64,000 nucleotides of DNA from Octopus sinensis (Eukaryota), in NCBI RefSeq assembly GCF_006345805.1, contig NC_043021.1, positions 24,614,001-24,678,000 of the forward strand. Reading direction: 5' to 3'. Made by a program: the position numbers and the translations under genes. Positions 61,945 through 64,000 of this stretch are shown here, one piece after another. The notes under the pieces were generated by a model. That model was not told where the DNA came from and did not search any database. It saw nothing but the letters and a program-made list of their open reading frames with translations. Every line of letters begins with the position of its first letter. The first letter of the stretch is position 1.

Positions 61945-62760
61945 CGGTAATTTTTTGTGGGAAGGGGGAATAATCGATTATATTAACCTCACTACTTGAC
62001 TGGTCCTTTATTGACCCCAAAAGGATGAAAGGTAGAGTTGACCTTGATGGAAGCGAAACCCAAAATGCAAGGAGTTGGAAGAAATACCATTTGGCCCAGT
62101 GCAGTAATAATGCTGCTGGATCACTACATTAATAATAATAATAATAATAATAATGGTTTTTGATTAAGGCACAAAGTTATTTTGAGGGGTGAGGACTGAT
62201 ACCATCAACCCACCTCCCTCCCCCCACCAAACAAAAGATAAAATGCAAAATTGTCTTCAGCAGGGTTTGAAACCTCAATGTAAGATCAGATGTACTGCAA
62301 AACATTTTATCCAACATTCTGATAACTCTGGCAGCTCAGATTGTTTCAAATTTTGACACAAAATTAGAGGACAGGGTTCAGTTAATTACATCAACCCCAG
62401 GACATAACAGGTACTTTATTGGCCCTAAAAGGATGAAAATCAAAAATGACCTCTGTGGAATTTAAAGAAATGGTAGAATTGCCGCTAAGCATTTGCCTGA
62501 CACAAACTTTCACCACAATAATAATAATATAATAATAATAATGGTTTCAAATTTTGCCACAAGGGCAGCGGCTTTGGAAGAGATGAGTCGATTGCATTGA
62601 CCCCCTAGTGTTCAACTGGTACTTATTTTATCGACCCCAAAAGGATGAAAGGCAAAGTTAACCTTGCCAGAATTTTGACTCAGAATGTAAAGACTGATGA
62701 AACGCCACTAAACAATTTCGTCCAGCTTACTAACAATCTGACCAGTTCACAAACTTTCAC
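61945..62760 (-). mobile_element. Cluster of old family-A-like SINE copies separated by (AAT)n
   Basis: GACCCCAAAAGGATGAAAGG (reverse of the family A core) recurs at about 62010, 62425 and 62635. Confidence 0.65.
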
Positions 62761-63768
62761 CACCGTGGTGGTTACAGTAATAATAATAATAATAATTATA
62801 AACAAATGAAGAAAAACATTAAATTTTGCAAGCTTCATTTTTTTTTATTTATTTTCAATTCACTTTATTAATTTAAATGACAAAAAAATGGTTCTAGAAA
62901 GGAAAGGTAGGGTATAGAGGTGGGATAGGGTAGTGGGGAGACAGAGGCCATCCAAAGGGAAAAGATGAGAGAGAAAAAAAGAGATTGAGAAGAAGAAGAA
63001 GAAGAAGAATGCTAATGAAGGAGAAGAGAATGAAGAGGAAATAGAGAGACGAGAGAGAGAGAGAGAGAGAGTCAGAAATAAGAATTTGAGAAATTACAAC
63101 ACAATCAACGTGTGTGTGTGTGTGTGTGTCACCTTAAAAGAAAGTATGGATGTATGTAGTTATACATACACATGTGCATGCACACATACACACTGAAAGT
63201 CCATTGCAGAAATGCATGCGTATGGAGGTGAAATTTACTGACCAAGTGAACAGTTACACCAAACACACACACACACACACACACATTACAGATTTTTTGT
63301 TTTTTAGCATTTTCAAATAAAGAAAATTTTAAATATAAATAAAATAAAATTTAAAACTGGTCTGAAATTTTATGGAAAATGGTAAATAAATTAAAAAAAT
63401 AAAGAAAAATCTTTGCAACCAAGCAACAAAATGAAGAAGCATTGCATAAAACAAGAGGCAGACAACCGAATGCGGAGAGATGCAGGCCCACTGACATAGC
63501 AGTGCAGGGGAGTCCTCTGGTGGCATCGTAAGGTCACATCACCATGACAACTTGTTAATTTGAAGTAGGAACAGGGTTGAGAAGCAAAGGATCAGAACAT
63601 ATATATACACACACACACACACACATACGTGTGTATATTATATACACATACAACAATTTGTGGCCAATAGTGTTGTTAGTGACACATTTCCAAAGAATCA
63701 ATCACTGTCAGTATTTCTGACAGAATGTTAAGGGAGGATTTCACTTTCTCACAGATGTAATGTCAAAA

Positions 63769-63807
<39 letters not shown>

Positions 63808-64000
63808 TATATATACATATATTAATTAATAATAATAATATTAGGGAATAAATCCAAACTTACAGGGAAAAATTAGATTTAGGATTAAATCAAATTTTAT
63901 AGTATATATAAAATTTATAAGTTTAAATTATTTAAATAATTTTTTATTTTTAAATTAATTTTATGTATTGGCTTATGTCTTTCACTGTTTGATTTGCCTA

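Overview
This is eukaryotic, AT-rich DNA saturated with microsatellites and transposons. The SINE families and repeat landscape look like a coleoid cephalopod, very probably Octopus (inferred from recalled repeat families, not from a search). There is one 100-N scaffold gap at 9648-9747. The only convincing host gene is an intronless minus-strand Cys-loop ligand-gated ion channel (45119-46462, 447 aa from the likely ATG). It keeps the C-x13-C loop, four TM helices and the GEK cation filter but has lost the acetylcholine-binding residues, as cephalopod chemotactile-receptor-type (atypical nAChR-like) subunits do. The rest is mostly mobile DNA: a near full-length CR1-type LINE whose ORF1 seems to join a Myb/SANT trihelix-like domain to a CCCH finger; other CR1, RTE, R4/Dong-type and Tx1 LINE fragments; Penelope relics with hammerhead-like motifs; at least four tRNA-derived SINE families; maT (DD37D), mariner, pogo, hAT and Merlin-like DNA elements; Helitron/Helentron-like non-autonomous elements; several long palindromes; and a 1.2-kb tandem duplication. 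Most entries in the ORF track are translations of microsatellites. I see no rRNA, true tRNA gene or CRISPR array.
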